From: Candidatus Iainarchaeum sp.
GTDB taxonomy: Archaea > Iainarchaeota > Iainarchaeia > Iainarchaeales > JAFCCJ01
Assembly: GCA_043816965.1 (NCBI GenBank)
Contig: JBDRHK010000042.1
Span: forward strand, 1-59,317
Reading direction: 5' to 3'
DNA: 59,317 nt
Under the pieces are notes generated by a model. It made no database searches. It was not told the origin of the DNA and saw only the letters and a program-made list of their open reading frames with translations. Below, in pieces: positions 9,404 through 21,300 of the stretch (the first letter of the stretch is position 1; each line of letters begins with the position of its first letter). Made by a program: the position numbers and the translations under genes.

Positions 9404-10864
9404 TTGGAAGGATGGACGCTGATTAAATCATATTTCCATAACAGGAATTTCGCCCAGATGGAGATTGACTCATTCAACCAGTTTGTGGACAAGAAATTGT
9501 ATGAGATTGTTGATGAGAACAGGACCATTTCCCCAAAAATTGAGGAAGTTAAGATTGAGCTTGATAAAATTGAACTTTTAAAGCCAAGGATTATTGAGGC
9601 TGATGGAAGCCCGAGAACTAATTTTTTCCCGATGGAGGCAAGGATAAGAAACAGGACCTATGCCGCACCAATTTTCCTCACAATGAAACTCCTGAGAAGG
9701 GATGTCGAGCAGGACCTGAAGAAGGCATATATCGGGGATTTGCCAATAATGCTTAAATCCAACAGATGCTGGCTTGAAGGAAAGAACAGTGATGAACTTA
9801 TTGAAATGGGCGAGGATCCAAAGGACTTTGGGGGTTATTTCGTTATCAATGGTTCAGAAAAGGCACTGATGACTCAGGAGGTTCTTGCGTCAGACAGGGT
9901 TTTGGTTTCTGAAATGCAGGACAAGATTATTGCAGAGGTAATTTCAACAAAAGGCGCGTTCAAGGGAAGGGTAAGGATAATGAGAAGCCCTGATGGAACA
10001 TTGAATGTTACATTCCCCTCCTCCCCGAGGAAGCTGAAACTCTTTGTGCTTCTCAAGGCATTGGGCCTGAAAAGCAACAAGGAAATCATGAATGCATTTA
10101 CCGAGGAGCCTGAAATAAAAAACGATATTCTCATTAACCTCGAAAATCTGCTGATAAGGACTGAGGAAGAGGCACTGGATAAAATTGGTAAGTTCGTTGC
10201 GCCAGGGCAGGTCGAGGAGTACAGGCTGAGAAGGGCACAGGAAGTTATTGACGCATTCCTGCTTCCGCACATAGGCCAGGAAAGGAAGGACAGGCTGGCA
10301 AAGGCATACTATTTGGTTATGATGGCAACTAAGGCCATTGAAAGGGCATATGGCCTGAGGGAAGAGGATGACAAGGACCATTATGCAAACAAGAGGCTGG
10401 AGTTAAGCGGAAAGCTTATGGAGCATCTTTTCAGGTACAGTTTCAAATATTTCATTAAGGATTTGAAATTCCAGATTGACAGGACTGTCACAAGGAGAAG
10501 AAAGCTGAATATTTCAACTATTGTGAGGCCAGGGGCAGTTACTGAAAGGATTAGGTTTGCCATGAGCACAGGAAACTGGATAGGAAGAGCAACAGGAGTG
10601 AGCAAGTTTATGGACAGGGTGAACTATTTGAGCCCGCTTACTGATTTGAGGAAAGTTAAAAGCCCTTTGGATAAGAACAGGGAGCTTTATGAGGCAAGGG
10701 ATGTTCATGGAACCCACTGGGGAAGGTTATGCGCTATTGAAACCCCTGACGGGCCACAATGTGGATTGGTGAAAAACCTTGCCCTGCTAGCAGAAGTAAC
10801 TACTGAAGGCGATGACAAGCCGATTGAAAAGGCACTGGAAGAGATGGGAGTGAAACTTAAATAG
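9404..10864 (+). CDS. rpoB2: RNA polymerase subunit B'' (N-terminal half of split RpoB)
   Basis: Strong RpoB N-terminal similarity ('GYFVINGSEKAL', 'LCAIETPDGPQCGLVKNLA'). TTG start at 9404. Confidence 0.95.
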   Translation: MEGWTLIKSYFHNRNFAQMEIDSFNQFVDKKLYEIVDENRTISPKIEEVKIELDKIELLKPRIIEADGSPRTNFFPMEARIRNRTYAAPIFLTMKLLRRDVEQDLKKAYIGDLPIMLKSNRCWLEGKNSDELIEMGEDPKDFGGYFVINGSEKALMTQEVLASDRVLVSEMQDKIIAEVISTKGAFKGRVRIMRSPDGTLNVTFPSSPRKLKLFVLLKALGLKSNKEIMNAFTEEPEIKNDILINLENLLIRTEEEALDKIGKFVAPGQVEEYRLRRAQEVIDAFLLPHIGQERKDRLAKAYYLVMMATKAIERAYGLREEDDKDHYANKRLELSGKLMEHLFRYSFKYFIKDLKFQIDRTVTRRRKLNISTIVRPGAVTERIRFAMSTGNWIGRATGVSKFMDRVNYLSPLTDLRKVKSPLDKNRELYEARDVHGTHWGRLCAIETPDGPQCGLVKNLALLAEVTTEGDDKPIEKALEEMGVKLK

Positions 10865-10872
10865 GTGAAATT

Positions 10873-12687
10873 ATGGTTTCTAAGGCAAAGGTTTACATCA
10901 ACGGAAGATTGATTGGGTTCCATCCCAATCCTGAAAAGCTGACACAGGAGCTTATTGCAAGGAGAAGGCTAAATAAGCTGCAAAAGGAAACAAACATCGC
11001 ATTCCATGCTGACACAAACGAGGTTTACATAAATAGTGATGCGGGAAGGGTCCAGAGGCCGCTTATTGTTGTTGAAAACGGAAAATCAAAGGTAACTGAA
11101 GAGCATGTAAAGGCACTAAAAGAGGGCAGGATTTCCTGGAAGGATTTATTTGACAAGGGAGTTGTTGAATATCTGGATGCCGAGGAAGAGGAAAATGCAT
11201 TTATTGCGCTTGACGAGGGTGAACTCACAAAGGAGCACACCCATTTGGAAATTAACCCAATCGGAATTCTTTCTGTTATTTCCTCAATGATTCCATATCT
11301 CCAGCACAACATGGCGGGAAAGGCCCTTCACGGGGCAAAGATGTTCAAGCAGGCGCAGGGAATTCCTGCTGTAAATTACAATCTGAGAACAGATACCGAA
11401 TCCTATTTGCTTTATTATCCTGAAAAGAACCTCGTGAAAACCAAAACCATGGACATAATTGAGCTTAACAAAAGGCCGCAGAGCCAGAACTTTGTCGTTG
11501 CAATAATGCCTTTCCAGGGCTTCAACATTCTTGATGCCGTGGTGTTCAATGAAGGCGCGGTGCAGAGAGGATTGGGTAAAAGCGCCTATTTCAGGACTTA
11601 TGAAAGTGTGGAAAACCGCTATCCAGGCGGGCAGATGGACAGGTTTGAGATTCCTGAAGAGGACACAGTCGGTCATCTGGGGGCAGAAACTTACAGCAAG
11701 TTAGGCGAAGACGGGCTTATTGGAATTGGGGCACAGGTCAAAGAAAGGGATGTCATTGTAGGGAGAACCTCCCCCCCAAGATTTTTGGAGGAGATCAGCG
11801 AATTTGGCGTGGTTAAGGAGAAGAGAAGGGAAAGCTCGATTACAATTAGAAAAGGCAAAACAGGCACTGTTGACAGGGTTATTATAACAGAATCCGAATC
11901 AGGAAACAAGCTGGTTAAGATTAAGGTAAGGAGTGAAATGACCCCTGCAATCGGGGACAAGTTCAGTTCAAGGCACGGGCAAAAGGGAGTGATTGGGGCA
12001 ATTATCCCTGAGGAAGATATGCCATTTACAGCAGAGGGAATAAAGCCAGACATGCTTCTGAACCCGCACTCCATTCCATCAAGAATGACAATTGGCCATT
12101 TGATTGAGATGCTTGCGGGAAAGGCAGGCTCATTGAAGGGAATGGAAATTGACGGGAGCCCATTTGATGAAATGAGCAAGGAATCTCTGGGGGGAATGCT
12201 CAGGGACAAGGGATTTCGAAGCGACGGCAATGAGACATTTTATGACGGCGTAACCGGGAAAAGAATTGAGGGAGAGATTTTCTCAGGGATTGTTTCATAC
12301 AGGAGGCTTTTCCACATGGTTGCCCACAAAATTCAGGCAAGGAGCAGGGGCCCTGTGCAGATACTTACAAGGCAGCCAACCGAGGGAAAGGAGAAGGAAG
12401 GCGGATTAAGGTTTGGTGAGATGGAAGGCGAGACACTTGTCGGGCATGGTGCGGCAATGCTTCTGCAGGAGAAATTTATCGAGGATTCGGATAAGGTTGT
12501 TGAGCTTGTGTGTGAGAAGTGCGGAGTAATTGCAATTAATGACCAAATAAGGAAAAAGAAATACTGCCAGATTTGTGACGGGGGCAAGGTATATCCTGTC
12601 GAGATGAGTTATGGATTTAAGTTGCTTCTTGATGAATTAAAGGCGCTGGGTGTTTACCCAAAACTGAACATAACGGATAAGGTGTAG
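10873..12687 (+). CDS. rpoB1: RNA polymerase subunit B'
   Basis: 'SSRHGQKGV', 'PSRMTIGHLIE', 'RSRGPVQILTRQPTEG', and a C-terminal Zn motif CEKCG...CQICD. Confidence 0.95.
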   Translation: MVSKAKVYINGRLIGFHPNPEKLTQELIARRRLNKLQKETNIAFHADTNEVYINSDAGRVQRPLIVVENGKSKVTEEHVKALKEGRISWKDLFDKGVVEYLDAEEEENAFIALDEGELTKEHTHLEINPIGILSVISSMIPYLQHNMAGKALHGAKMFKQAQGIPAVNYNLRTDTESYLLYYPEKNLVKTKTMDIIELNKRPQSQNFVVAIMPFQGFNILDAVVFNEGAVQRGLGKSAYFRTYESVENRYPGGQMDRFEIPEEDTVGHLGAETYSKLGEDGLIGIGAQVKERDVIVGRTSPPRFLEEISEFGVVKEKRRESSITIRKGKTGTVDRVIITESESGNKLVKIKVRSEMTPAIGDKFSSRHGQKGVIGAIIPEEDMPFTAEGIKPDMLLNPHSIPSRMTIGHLIEMLAGKAGSLKGMEIDGSPFDEMSKESLGGMLRDKGFRSDGNETFYDGVTGKRIEGEIFSGIVSYRRLFHMVAHKIQARSRGPVQILTRQPTEGKEKEGGLRFGEMEGETLVGHGAAMLLQEKFIEDSDKVVELVCEKCGVIAINDQIRKKKYCQICDGGKVYPVEMSYGFKLLLDELKALGVYPKLNITDKV

Positions 12688-12692
12688 GGAAG

Positions 12693-15308
12693 ATGATGGC
12701 AAAAAGGATAAGCTCAGTTGAATTTCATGTGCTCAGCCCACAGCAGATAAGGAAGATGAGTGCACTGGAGGTCAAGAGTCCGGAAACATACGATAAAGAT
12801 GGTTATCCAATGGAATCAGGGCTTATGGACCCGCACCTTGGCGTAATTAACCCCGGGCTCAGGTGTAAAACCTGCGGCCAGAGGATGAAGCAGTGCCCCG
12901 GCCATTTTGGGCATCTGGAGCTTGTCAGGCCAGTGGTACATTCTGAATTCTCCAAGAGGGTTGAGATTTTGCTCCATGCAAGCTGCCAGGCCTGCGGAAG
13001 GATAGTGATGCCTGATGAAAAGCTCAATGAGATGAGAGGTTTAATGGGCGATGCAACTGTTGATTTAAGCAAGAAGATTCTCGCAAAGGCGAAGAAGGTC
13101 AAAAAGTGCCCGCACTGCAATACAGAAAAGGGAATTATACTGCTGGACAAACCCACAAATTTCTTTTTTAATAAAGAGAGGATTTACCCCACCCAAATAA
13201 GGGACTGGCTGGAGAAAATTCCAAACAGTGACCTTATGCTTTTTGGATACAACACCGATAAATTAAGGCCTGAATGGTTTGTGATAACCGCACTACAGGC
13301 TCCGCCAATTACAATCAGGCCGTCAATAACACTTGAAACCGGAATAAAGTCAGAGGATGATTTGACGCATAAACTGGTTGACATAATCAGGATTAACCTG
13401 AGGTTAAATGACAATATTGATGCCGGCGCCCCGCAATTGATTGTTGAGGACCTGTGGGATTTGCTGCAGTACCATGTGACCACTTATTTCAACAACAATA
13501 CTGCGGGCGTTCCCCCTGCAAAGCACAGGAGCGGAAGGGCGCTGAGAACCCTTGTGCAGAGGCTGCAGGGAAAGAAGGGAAGGTTCAGGTATAACCTCAC
13601 AGGAAAGAGGGTTAACTTTGCGGCAAGGTCAATAATTACGCCTGATGCACATATTTCAATCAATGAATTAGGTGTGCCTGAAGAGATTGCGGAAACACTT
13701 ACTGTTCCGGAATTTGTCACCAAATGGAACCTGAAAGAAATTAAAAACATGATTAATAAAGAGGACAGGGCGATTTACCTCATAAGGCCCAACGGCATGA
13801 GGAAGAAAATAACAGAGCAAAATAAGGAAGAAATACTCAAAGAGATTGATGTTGGTTTTAGAGTGGAAAGGAAACTGAAGAACGGGGATATCTGCATATT
13901 CAATAGGCAGCCGTCTTTGCACAGGCTCTCAATGCTCACCCATAATGTAAAGATTATGCCTGGGAAAACATTCAGGCTTAACCCCACTGTCTGCAAGCCC
14001 TACAACGCAGATTTTGATGGGGATGAGATGAACATGCATGTTCCCCAGACTGAGGAAGGAATCACCGAAGCCAGGGAACTGATGTATGTCCAGAATCAGG
14101 TTATAAGCCCGAGATATGGTGCGCCGGTAATCATTCTTGATGAGGACGGGGTAAGCGGCTGCTACATAATGACACTTAAATCAACCAAATTCTCAAGGGA
14201 TGTGGCAATGAAATATGCGCAGATAATGGGCATGGATGAGTTGCCCAAGCCTGATATGGACAAGGAATATTCCGGAAAATTGCTTTTCTCACTGTTGCTG
14301 CCGAAAGACCTGAACCTTGAGTACAAGACAAAGACCTGCGGAATTCTGCAGAAAACCGGCTTGTGCAACAAATGCACTATGGAAAACTGCGAGCATGACG
14401 CATACCTAAAAATCAAGGACGGAAAACTCATCAGCGGAATAATTGATGAAACCTCATTGGGAGAGGGAAGCGGGCTGATTATTGATGAAATGGCGAGGAA
14501 TTATCCTCCCGAGGTAATCACTGAATTCTACAGCAAGATTTCCAAAATTACCGAGGATATTGTAAGCACAAAAGGATTTACTGTTTCACTGCAGGAATAT
14601 GAGCCCACTGAAGGTGTGAAAAGGGTAAGGGCAAAAGCTATTCAGGAAGAACTTGAGGAAGCAGAAGATTTGGTTAAAAAGTTCAAGAGAGGTAATCTGG
14701 AACACATTCCGGGAAGAACTTTAGGGGAATCATTCGAGATTCAGATGATGCGCCTGGGTGCGAAAACCAAGGACCTGGTTGAGAAGCAGATAATTAGGGA
14801 AAAGGTCAGGGAGATTTTAGGCAAGGATCCTAAATTCAACACCACAGTAATGATTATGTCAGGTTCTAGGGGCTCTGCAACAAACCTCACCAATATCTCA
14901 GGATTTTGGGGGCAGGCATCGGTGAGGGAAGGAAGGCCAAAAAGGGGCTTCAAGGACAGGCTTATCGCACTGAATAAGCCAGGTGATGTTGGGATGCGTG
15001 CCGGAGGGTTTATTGAAAACAATTTCATGGATGGCATGAACGCTTTCGAGTACTTCTACCACTCCATGGGTGGAAGGCAGGGGGAAGTTGACACCGGTGT
15101 TTCAACCAAGGTATCAGGTTACCTTTACAGAAGGCTCGCAAACAGCCTCAAGGATTTGATGGTTAATAACGATGAAACTGTAAGAACCCCAAACAAGAAG
15201 ATTGTCCAGTTCACTTATGGTGAGGATGGCGTGTTCCCCACAAAAACCATCAGGGGAAAGCTTAACATTGTCGAAACAGAGCTTGCCAAATTAAAGGGCA
15301 AAAAATAG
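12693..15308 (+). CDS. rpoA1: RNA polymerase subunit A'
   Basis: Zn motifs '[13 protein letters not shown]', 'NRQPSLHR', and the catalytic '[10 protein letters not shown]'. Confidence 0.95.
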   Translation: MMAKRISSVEFHVLSPQQIRKMSALEVKSPETYDKDGYPMESGLMDPHLGVINPGLRCKTCGQRMKQCPGHFGHLELVRPVVHSEFSKRVEILLHASCQACGRIVMPDEKLNEMRGLMGDATVDLSKKILAKAKKVKKCPHCNTEKGIILLDKPTNFFFNKERIYPTQIRDWLEKIPNSDLMLFGYNTDKLRPEWFVITALQAPPITIRPSITLETGIKSEDDLTHKLVDIIRINLRLNDNIDAGAPQLIVEDLWDLLQYHVTTYFNNNTAGVPPAKHRSGRALRTLVQRLQGKKGRFRYNLTGKRVNFAARSIITPDAHISINELGVPEEIAETLTVPEFVTKWNLKEIKNMINKEDRAIYLIRPNGMRKKITEQNKEEILKEIDVGFRVERKLKNGDICIFNRQPSLHRLSMLTHNVKIMPGKTFRLNPTVCKPYNADFDGDEMNMHVPQTEEGITEARELMYVQNQVISPRYGAPVIILDEDGVSGCYIMTLKSTKFSRDVAMKYAQIMGMDELPKPDMDKEYSGKLLFSLLLPKDLNLEYKTKTCGILQKTGLCNKCTMENCEHDAYLKIKDGKLISGIIDETSLGEGSGLIIDEMARNYPPEVITEFYSKISKITEDIVSTKGFTVSLQEYEPTEGVKRVRAKAIQEELEEAEDLVKKFKRGNLEHIPGRTLGESFEIQMMRLGAKTKDLVEKQIIREKVREILGKDPKFNTTVMIMSGSRGSATNLTNISGFWGQASVREGRPKRGFKDRLIALNKPGDVGMRAGGFIENNFMDGMNAFEYFYHSMGGRQGEVDTGVSTKVSGYLYRRLANSLKDLMVNNDETVRTPNKKIVQFTYGEDGVFPTKTIRGKLNIVETELAKLKGKK

Positions 15309-15316
15309 GTGGAAAT

Positions 15317-16561
15317 ATGGCTGAGAAAAAAGAAAAGGCAAAGGTTAAAGAGAAGGCAGATGCCAAAGAAAAGGTTACTGTAAAAAAGAAAGCTGCGGCC
15401 AAAGTTAAAGTGGTTTTGGAGGACATAAGGGTTTTTGTGGAGGGAAAGGTCCTGGAAGAGAAGGAACTGCCCACAATTATAACCGGGCAATTTGAGGAAA
15501 TTTCCAAACAGGAAAATCTGAGTGATGGGGACAGGAAGAAATTCCATGAAGGGCTTGTTTCAACTTATAATTCAATCAAGGTTGAGGCAGGGGAAGCTGT
15601 TGGAATAATTGCCGCACAATCACTTGGGGAACCGGGAACTCAGCTTACACTAAGGACAAAGCACTATGCCGGTGCTGCAGAGGTTTCTGTCGGAAGCGGA
15701 ATCCAGAGGGTGGAGGAAATTGTTGATGGAAGGAGCAAGGCAAAGTATCCAACAATGACCATTTACATAGGGGATGAGAAACTTAAAACTGATTTCAAAA
15801 AGGCTGAACTCTTCGCAAAATCACTTATTGACGTTCGGATAGGGGATGTCATAAAGATAAATGAATATCTTTCAGACAAGAGGGTTGTTATCGATCTCCT
15901 GGACGAGGAGATTGAGGAAAGGAATGTTGACCCTGCTCTCCTTGCCGAGAAGATTGAGAAAAACCTGAAAATGAAGGGAACCAAAAAGAAGAATTCCCTT
16001 GAATTCATTTTTAAGAGCGACCCCCTGCTCAAAATAAGAAGGGCGCTGAACAAGGTGAGCGCAACCAGAATCCAGGGAATAAGGGGAATTGAGAAAACCA
16101 TTGTATTTGAGGAAAATGGGGAATTCTTGATAAAAACAAGGGGAACTAACCTCAAAAATGTGTTGAAACTGGAGGAAATTGATGGCACAAGAACCACAAC
16201 CAATGACATTAAGGAAATCAGCAAGGTTTTGGGAATTGAGGCAGGAAGGATTTCAATTGTAAGGGAGCTTAAGAAAGTCCTTGATGACAACAATATCAGG
16301 GTCGATATAAGGCATATCATGCTTCTCGGGGATTTGATGACCTGGGATGGGGAGATTAAGGGCATTGTGAGGACAGGAATCACAAGAGATAAGGCTTCAC
16401 CATTTGCAAGGGCAGCATTTGAGGAAACTGTAAAGCACCTGTTGGATGCCGCATTTGAGGGCCAGAAAGAGGAATTGCAGGGTGTTGTTGAAAATATTAT
16501 TGTCGGCCAGCCGATTAAGGTCGGTACGGGAATTGTGAATCTGGTTATGAAGGGGAAGTGA
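15317..16561 (+). CDS. rpoA2: RNA polymerase subunit A'' with about 33-aa Lys-rich N-terminal extension
   Basis: '[23 protein letters not shown]' trigger-loop region. N-terminus is [32 protein letters not shown]. Confidence 0.95.
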   Translation: MAEKKEKAKVKEKADAKEKVTVKKKAAAKVKVVLEDIRVFVEGKVLEEKELPTIITGQFEEISKQENLSDGDRKKFHEGLVSTYNSIKVEAGEAVGIIAAQSLGEPGTQLTLRTKHYAGAAEVSVGSGIQRVEEIVDGRSKAKYPTMTIYIGDEKLKTDFKKAELFAKSLIDVRIGDVIKINEYLSDKRVVIDLLDEEIEERNVDPALLAEKIEKNLKMKGTKKKNSLEFIFKSDPLLKIRRALNKVSATRIQGIRGIEKTIVFEENGEFLIKTRGTNLKNVLKLEEIDGTRTTTNDIKEISKVLGIEAGRISIVRELKKVLDDNNIRVDIRHIMLLGDLMTWDGEIKGIVRTGITRDKASPFARAAFEETVKHLLDAAFEGQKEELQGVVENIIVGQPIKVGTGIVNLVMKGK

Positions 16562-16565
16562 TTGA

Positions 16566-16880
16566 ATGGCTAAGATTGATGTTAATAAAGAGTTGCGAAG
16601 GGCGGTTGATACCGGAAAGGTATTTTTCGGGCAGAAGCAGGCCGAGAAAAGTATTTTAAAAGGAAAGGCGCAACTAATTATTATTAGCGGCAACATCCCA
16701 AAACTCGAAAAGGAGAAGATTGTTGCCGATGCGGCAGTTTCTCAGGTGCCATTCATTGAATTTGGTGGAAGTGGCCTTGAAATGGGCTCTGTCTGCGGAA
16801 AGCCATTCGTTGTTTCTGTAATGGTTGTCGTAGAACCGGGCAAAAGCGCCATCCTCAAGGCCGTGGAAAAGGAAAAGTGA
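16566..16880 (+). CDS. rpl30e: ribosomal protein eL30
   Basis: 'LRRAVDTGKVFFGQKQAEKSILKGKAQLIIIS' plus the conserved rpoA''-L30e-nusA synteny. Confidence 0.9.
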   Translation: MAKIDVNKELRRAVDTGKVFFGQKQAEKSILKGKAQLIIISGNIPKLEKEKIVADAAVSQVPFIEFGGSGLEMGSVCGKPFVVSVMVVVEPGKSAILKAVEKEK

Positions 16881-16886
16881 AATTTA

Positions 16887-17303
16887 ATGAAACTCGGCAT
16901 TGAGGAAATCCGCTACATAAACGCATTGCAAAACATTGCCGGTGTGCATGCGAGGGATTGCATTATTTCGGCTGACAGGATAACATTCCTTGTTTCCGAC
17001 CAGCAGATCAGCAAGGCGATAGGGAAAAATGGCGCAACAATAAAGATTGTGAAGAAGAAGATAGGAAAGGAAGTTGAGTTGTTCGAGTACAGCAAGGACG
17101 TTAAGAAATTCATGGAACGGGCAATGAACAGGATTAAGATTGACAATATGGATTTGGTTGAAATGGAAGGGAAGAAGACATTGAAAATTGCGCTTAACTC
17201 CGAGAACAGGAGAAAATTGATGCAGAATTCGGGCAGATTCCGCAAGGTCAAGGAAATTGTGGAGAGGAATTATAATATTCCTGCGATAAAGGTTACTGGG
17301 TGA
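16887..17303 (+). CDS. nusA: archaeal NusA-like KH-domain termination factor
   Basis: Two KH-like segments ('[20 protein letters not shown]') and synteny. Confidence 0.85.
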   Translation: MKLGIEEIRYINALQNIAGVHARDCIISADRITFLVSDQQISKAIGKNGATIKIVKKKIGKEVELFEYSKDVKKFMERAMNRIKIDNMDLVEMEGKKTLKIALNSENRRKLMQNSGRFRKVKEIVERNYNIPAIKVTG

Positions 17304-17307
17304 ATTT

Positions 17308-17736
17308 ATGGCAAGCGGTGAATTTGCAGCGGCTTCCCTCAAAAATAAGAGGAAGAAGTGGCGATGGAAAGACAGGCATTACAAGTCCAAGGAACTGGGC
17401 CTGGTAACGAAACATGATTTGCTGGATGGGGCGCCCCAGGGAAGAGGAATTGTCATTGAGAAAAGGGGAGTTACGGCAAAGCAGCCTAACTCAGGAATCA
17501 GGAAATGTGTAAGGGTACAGCTTATCAAGAATGGGAAGCAGTTGACCGCACTTGCCCCTGGAGATGGGGCAATTAAGTTTATCGATGAGCATGATGAGGT
17601 TTTGGTTGAGGGAATTGGCGGAGCTCAAGGGGGGCCTAAGGGCGACCTTTGGGGAGTGAAGTACAGGGTTACACACGTTAATAACCAGAGCCTAGATATG
17701 CTGAGACGCGGGAAAAAGGAGAAGGTTAAGAGGTAA
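17308..17736 (+). CDS. rps12: ribosomal protein uS12
   Basis: '[28 protein letters not shown]'. Confidence 0.95.
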   Translation: MASGEFAAASLKNKRKKWRWKDRHYKSKELGLVTKHDLLDGAPQGRGIVIEKRGVTAKQPNSGIRKCVRVQLIKNGKQLTALAPGDGAIKFIDEHDEVLVEGIGGAQGGPKGDLWGVKYRVTHVNNQSLDMLRRGKKEKVKR

Positions 17737-17742
17737 TTTTAG

Positions 17743-18342
17743 ATGAAGATTTTCGGAAAATGGGATTCAAGCGAAGTGATAATAACAGATCCAAGCCTTG
17801 CAAACCATATCTCTTTAGGCAGCAGATTAATTCCCCACACTTTCGGAAGGGAGAAGAGAAGGGGCAATGAAAAGCAGAGCATGGATGTTGTTGAAAGGCT
17901 CACAAATAAGGTTATGCGAAGCGGCCAGGGAAAGAGGAAGATGAGCGGAAAATACATCCGCCACAGGCTGAGCTGTGGGAAGAAGCTCCAGGCGATTAAA
18001 ATTGTCGAGGATGCATTTATAATTGTTGAGAATGAAACCAAAAAAAACCCTGTTCAGGTTTTGGTTAATGCCATTGAGAATTCAGGGCCAAGGGAGGACA
18101 TAACTAGGATTAAGAGGGGAGGAGTTTCCTACACTGTTTCTGTTGATGTTTCGCCCATGAAAAAAGTTGATGAGGCGCTGAAGAATATCGCACTTGCCGC
18201 ATTTTCATCCTCATTTAATAAAAAGGTTTCCGCATCAGAGGCGCTTGCAAAAGAACTTATTCTTGCCTCAAAAGAAGACAACGCATCCTTTTCCATAAAG
18301 AGAAGGGATGAAGTTGAAAGGATTGCAAAATCAAGCAGGTAA
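17743..18342 (+). CDS. rps7: ribosomal protein uS7
   Basis: Archaeal S7 pattern ('KIFGKWD', 'NAIENSGPRED..RIKRGG') and synteny. Confidence 0.95.
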   Translation: MKIFGKWDSSEVIITDPSLANHISLGSRLIPHTFGREKRRGNEKQSMDVVERLTNKVMRSGQGKRKMSGKYIRHRLSCGKKLQAIKIVEDAFIIVENETKKNPVQVLVNAIENSGPREDITRIKRGGVSYTVSVDVSPMKKVDEALKNIALAAFSSSFNKKVSASEALAKELILASKEDNASFSIKRRDEVERIAKSSR

Positions 18343-18360
18343 GGCAGTGGTGGCGAAAAC

Positions 18361-21300
18361 ATGGCAAAAAGAGAGGATATTGTTAAACTGGCAGAAACCT
18401 TGATGGGCAACAGGGAAAACATAAGGAATATCGGGATTGTTGCGCATATAGACCATGGGAAATGTGTTTCAGGGAAAACAAACATTGTTTTGGCCAATGG
18501 CACTACTGTAAAAGCTAAGGCGCTCTTTGAATCTGCAGAAACAAACGGGAGAATTGCAGGGAAAACAGGCGATGAGGTTGTTTTTGATATAACTGGCCAG
18601 GGAATTAATGCGGTGAGCTTTAACAAGCAGTCCAAGGACATGGAATTCAGGACAATTTCCCATGCGTGGAAATTGAAAGCGACAGAACCGTTGATTAAAT
18701 TAACGCTTTCAAACGGCCAGGAAATCAGCACAACGCCGGAACACAAATATTTGTGTGCAGGCGATGACGGAACTGTTACTGAAAAGCAGGCAAAGGATGT
18801 GATGGAAAAGGATTTCATTTTATGTCCGAGGCATTTGCCTGCGGAAACACTGGAATTAGAACAGTTCAAAACAGAATTCCTGGATGCCCTTTCAAAAGAC
18901 CCTGGATTTATTGTTAATCTTGATGAACGAAACGCCCTTGAATTGAAGAGGGCCATTCTCTCTTACGGGATGGAAAAACTGAGGAAAGGCATAAGTTCAC
19001 CATATAAAAGCAAATCATTCTACCACTGTGTTTACAACGGGCGATACAGGTTAAATGATTTCAGGAAAATCGCAGGGATTCTAAGATTTAATGCCTTTGA
19101 AAAGATAGCCAAGATAAACTACAGGAAAACATTGAATCAGCACGACCATTCATCGGTCAGTTTAAATCTCCCCAAAACAGAATCTGGGATTATCGAGTTA
19201 TTCTATCTGCTTGGACTTATTTGGGGCGATGGCGGAAAATGTGGAAAGGACATAAGAATAACAAACGAGGACAGGCAAATAATTGAGTCGGTTAAGAGAG
19301 TTTGCAGGGAAGTTTTGGGAACAAAGGCAAAGGAAAGAAAATATGCGGGAAAGGCCACGAGAATAGATTTGAGTGCAGGCATTACTTTTACGAGAATTCT
19401 TGAGCAATTCTTTGAATTTCCATTGAAAAATAAATCCCATTCAATAACCATCCCGAAAATAATCCGGAAAATGCCAAACCATTTCTTAAAAGCGTTCATT
19501 CAGGGTTATTTTGATGCCGATGGTGGCATTGAAATGAGCCGGAGAGCGGCAAGCATTTCAAGCGCATCAAAGCGAATGATTGAAGACCTTTACTCCGCCC
19601 TTTTAAGGTTTGGGTGCATTGCAACAATCTATGGCAAAAAAAACACCCTTTTTGTTTCATCCTCAAACCTAAAACCGTTCAGCGAGAAAGTTGGATTCAG
19701 GCTCGAGAGAAAGCAAATTTCACTGGAAAAAATTCTTTCTCTGTCGGACTCCCCGAACAGAAACACTGATTTGCTTCCGATAAAAAGCATTCTGTTGAAG
19801 CAGACCCGAAAAACCCTGGGGATTCCGCTCAATAAGTTTGCAAAAACACAGGAGGCAATTGAGCTTGGATTGCAGAACATTTATTTGAAAAACTTTTTAG
19901 ATTATGTTAAAACGATTTATTCGTTTATAGGAAATCCAAAAATAAAAAACCAGGAAGCTTGGGATGAACTCCAGGCAATTGAGAAAATATTCTTTAACTG
20001 CTTTACTGCGCGGGTTGAAAAAAAGGGCACCTGCATTGAAGAATTTGTTTACGATTTTACTGTGGAAGGCAACCATAATTTTGTGGGCAATGGGGCGCTT
20101 ATACACAACACCACCCTCACAGACAATCTGGTTGCTGCCGCAGGCCTGATTTCCAAAGAACTGGCAGGAAAGCAGCAGTTCATGGACTATTATGAATTGG
20201 AGCAGGCAAGGGGAATTACCATCAATTCCGCAAATATTTCCCTTGTGCACAAGGTTAAGGGAATTGAATATCTGATTAACATCATCGACACACCAGGCCA
20301 TGTTGATTTTGGCGGGGAAGTTATAAGGGCAATGAGGGCCGTTGACGGGGTTATGCTTGTTGTTGATGCGGTAGAAGGTGTCATGCCTCAGACGGAAACT
20401 GTTGTAAGGCAGGCGCTGAAAGAGAAAGTAAAACCCATGCTTTTCATAAACACGGTTGACAGGCTGGTTAATGAACTGCAGGTTACTGAGAAGGAAATGC
20501 AGGAGAGATTTGTGAAGACCATTGCCCAGGTTAATAATCTGATTAAGAAGAACGTTCCCGAGGAATTTGTTGATGAGTGGAAAGTCAATGCAATGAACGG
20601 AAGCGTTGGATTTGGCTCCGCCTACAATAACTGGGCTGTTTCTGTTCCACAGAAGGAGGAAACAGGCATTGGATTTAAGGAAGTTTACGAATACTGCAAG
20701 CAGGAAAAGCAGAAGGATCTTGCGAAGAAAAGCCCACTGCACGAGACAGTTATCAAAATGATTGTTCAGCACATGCCAAACCCAATGGTCTCCCAGAAAT
20801 ACAGGATTCCCAAAATCTGGAGCGGAGATATGGAAAGTGAAGAGGGAAAGTCTATGGGGAGTTGTGACCCAAATGGCGTGTTTACAATGATGGTCAATGA
20901 TGTTTCTGTCGACGCGCATGCGGGAGATATTGCCACTGGAAGGATTTATTCAGGAACTGTGAAAAAGGGCTCAAAGCTCAGATTAATCGGGAGCCAGAAG
21001 GAGGTCACAATACAGTCTGTTGCGATCTATATGGGCCCTGAAAGGATTACGGTTAGTGAGATCTCTGCAGGAAATATTGGCGCCCTTGTTGGCACAAGGG
21101 ATATTTATGCAGGGGAAACAATTTCCGAAAAAGAGATTAAGGAATTTGAATCATTCTTTTCAACTGCAGAACCTGTTATGACCATCTCTGTTGAGGCAAA
21201 AAGCACCAAGGATTTGCCAAAGCTTATTGAGGTTATAAGGCAGATAACAAAAGAGGATCCCAATATAAAGGCAAGCATTAACCAGGAAACAGGAGAACAT

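Noticed and set aside
18129-20919. Long minus-strand ORFs (18129..18956, 275 aa; 19897..20919, 340 aa) opposite EF-2 and its intein
   Set aside because: They are entirely antisense to a strongly conserved + strand gene. Their Ser/Phe/Leu-rich odd composition has no recognisable motifs. They are typical shadow ORFs.
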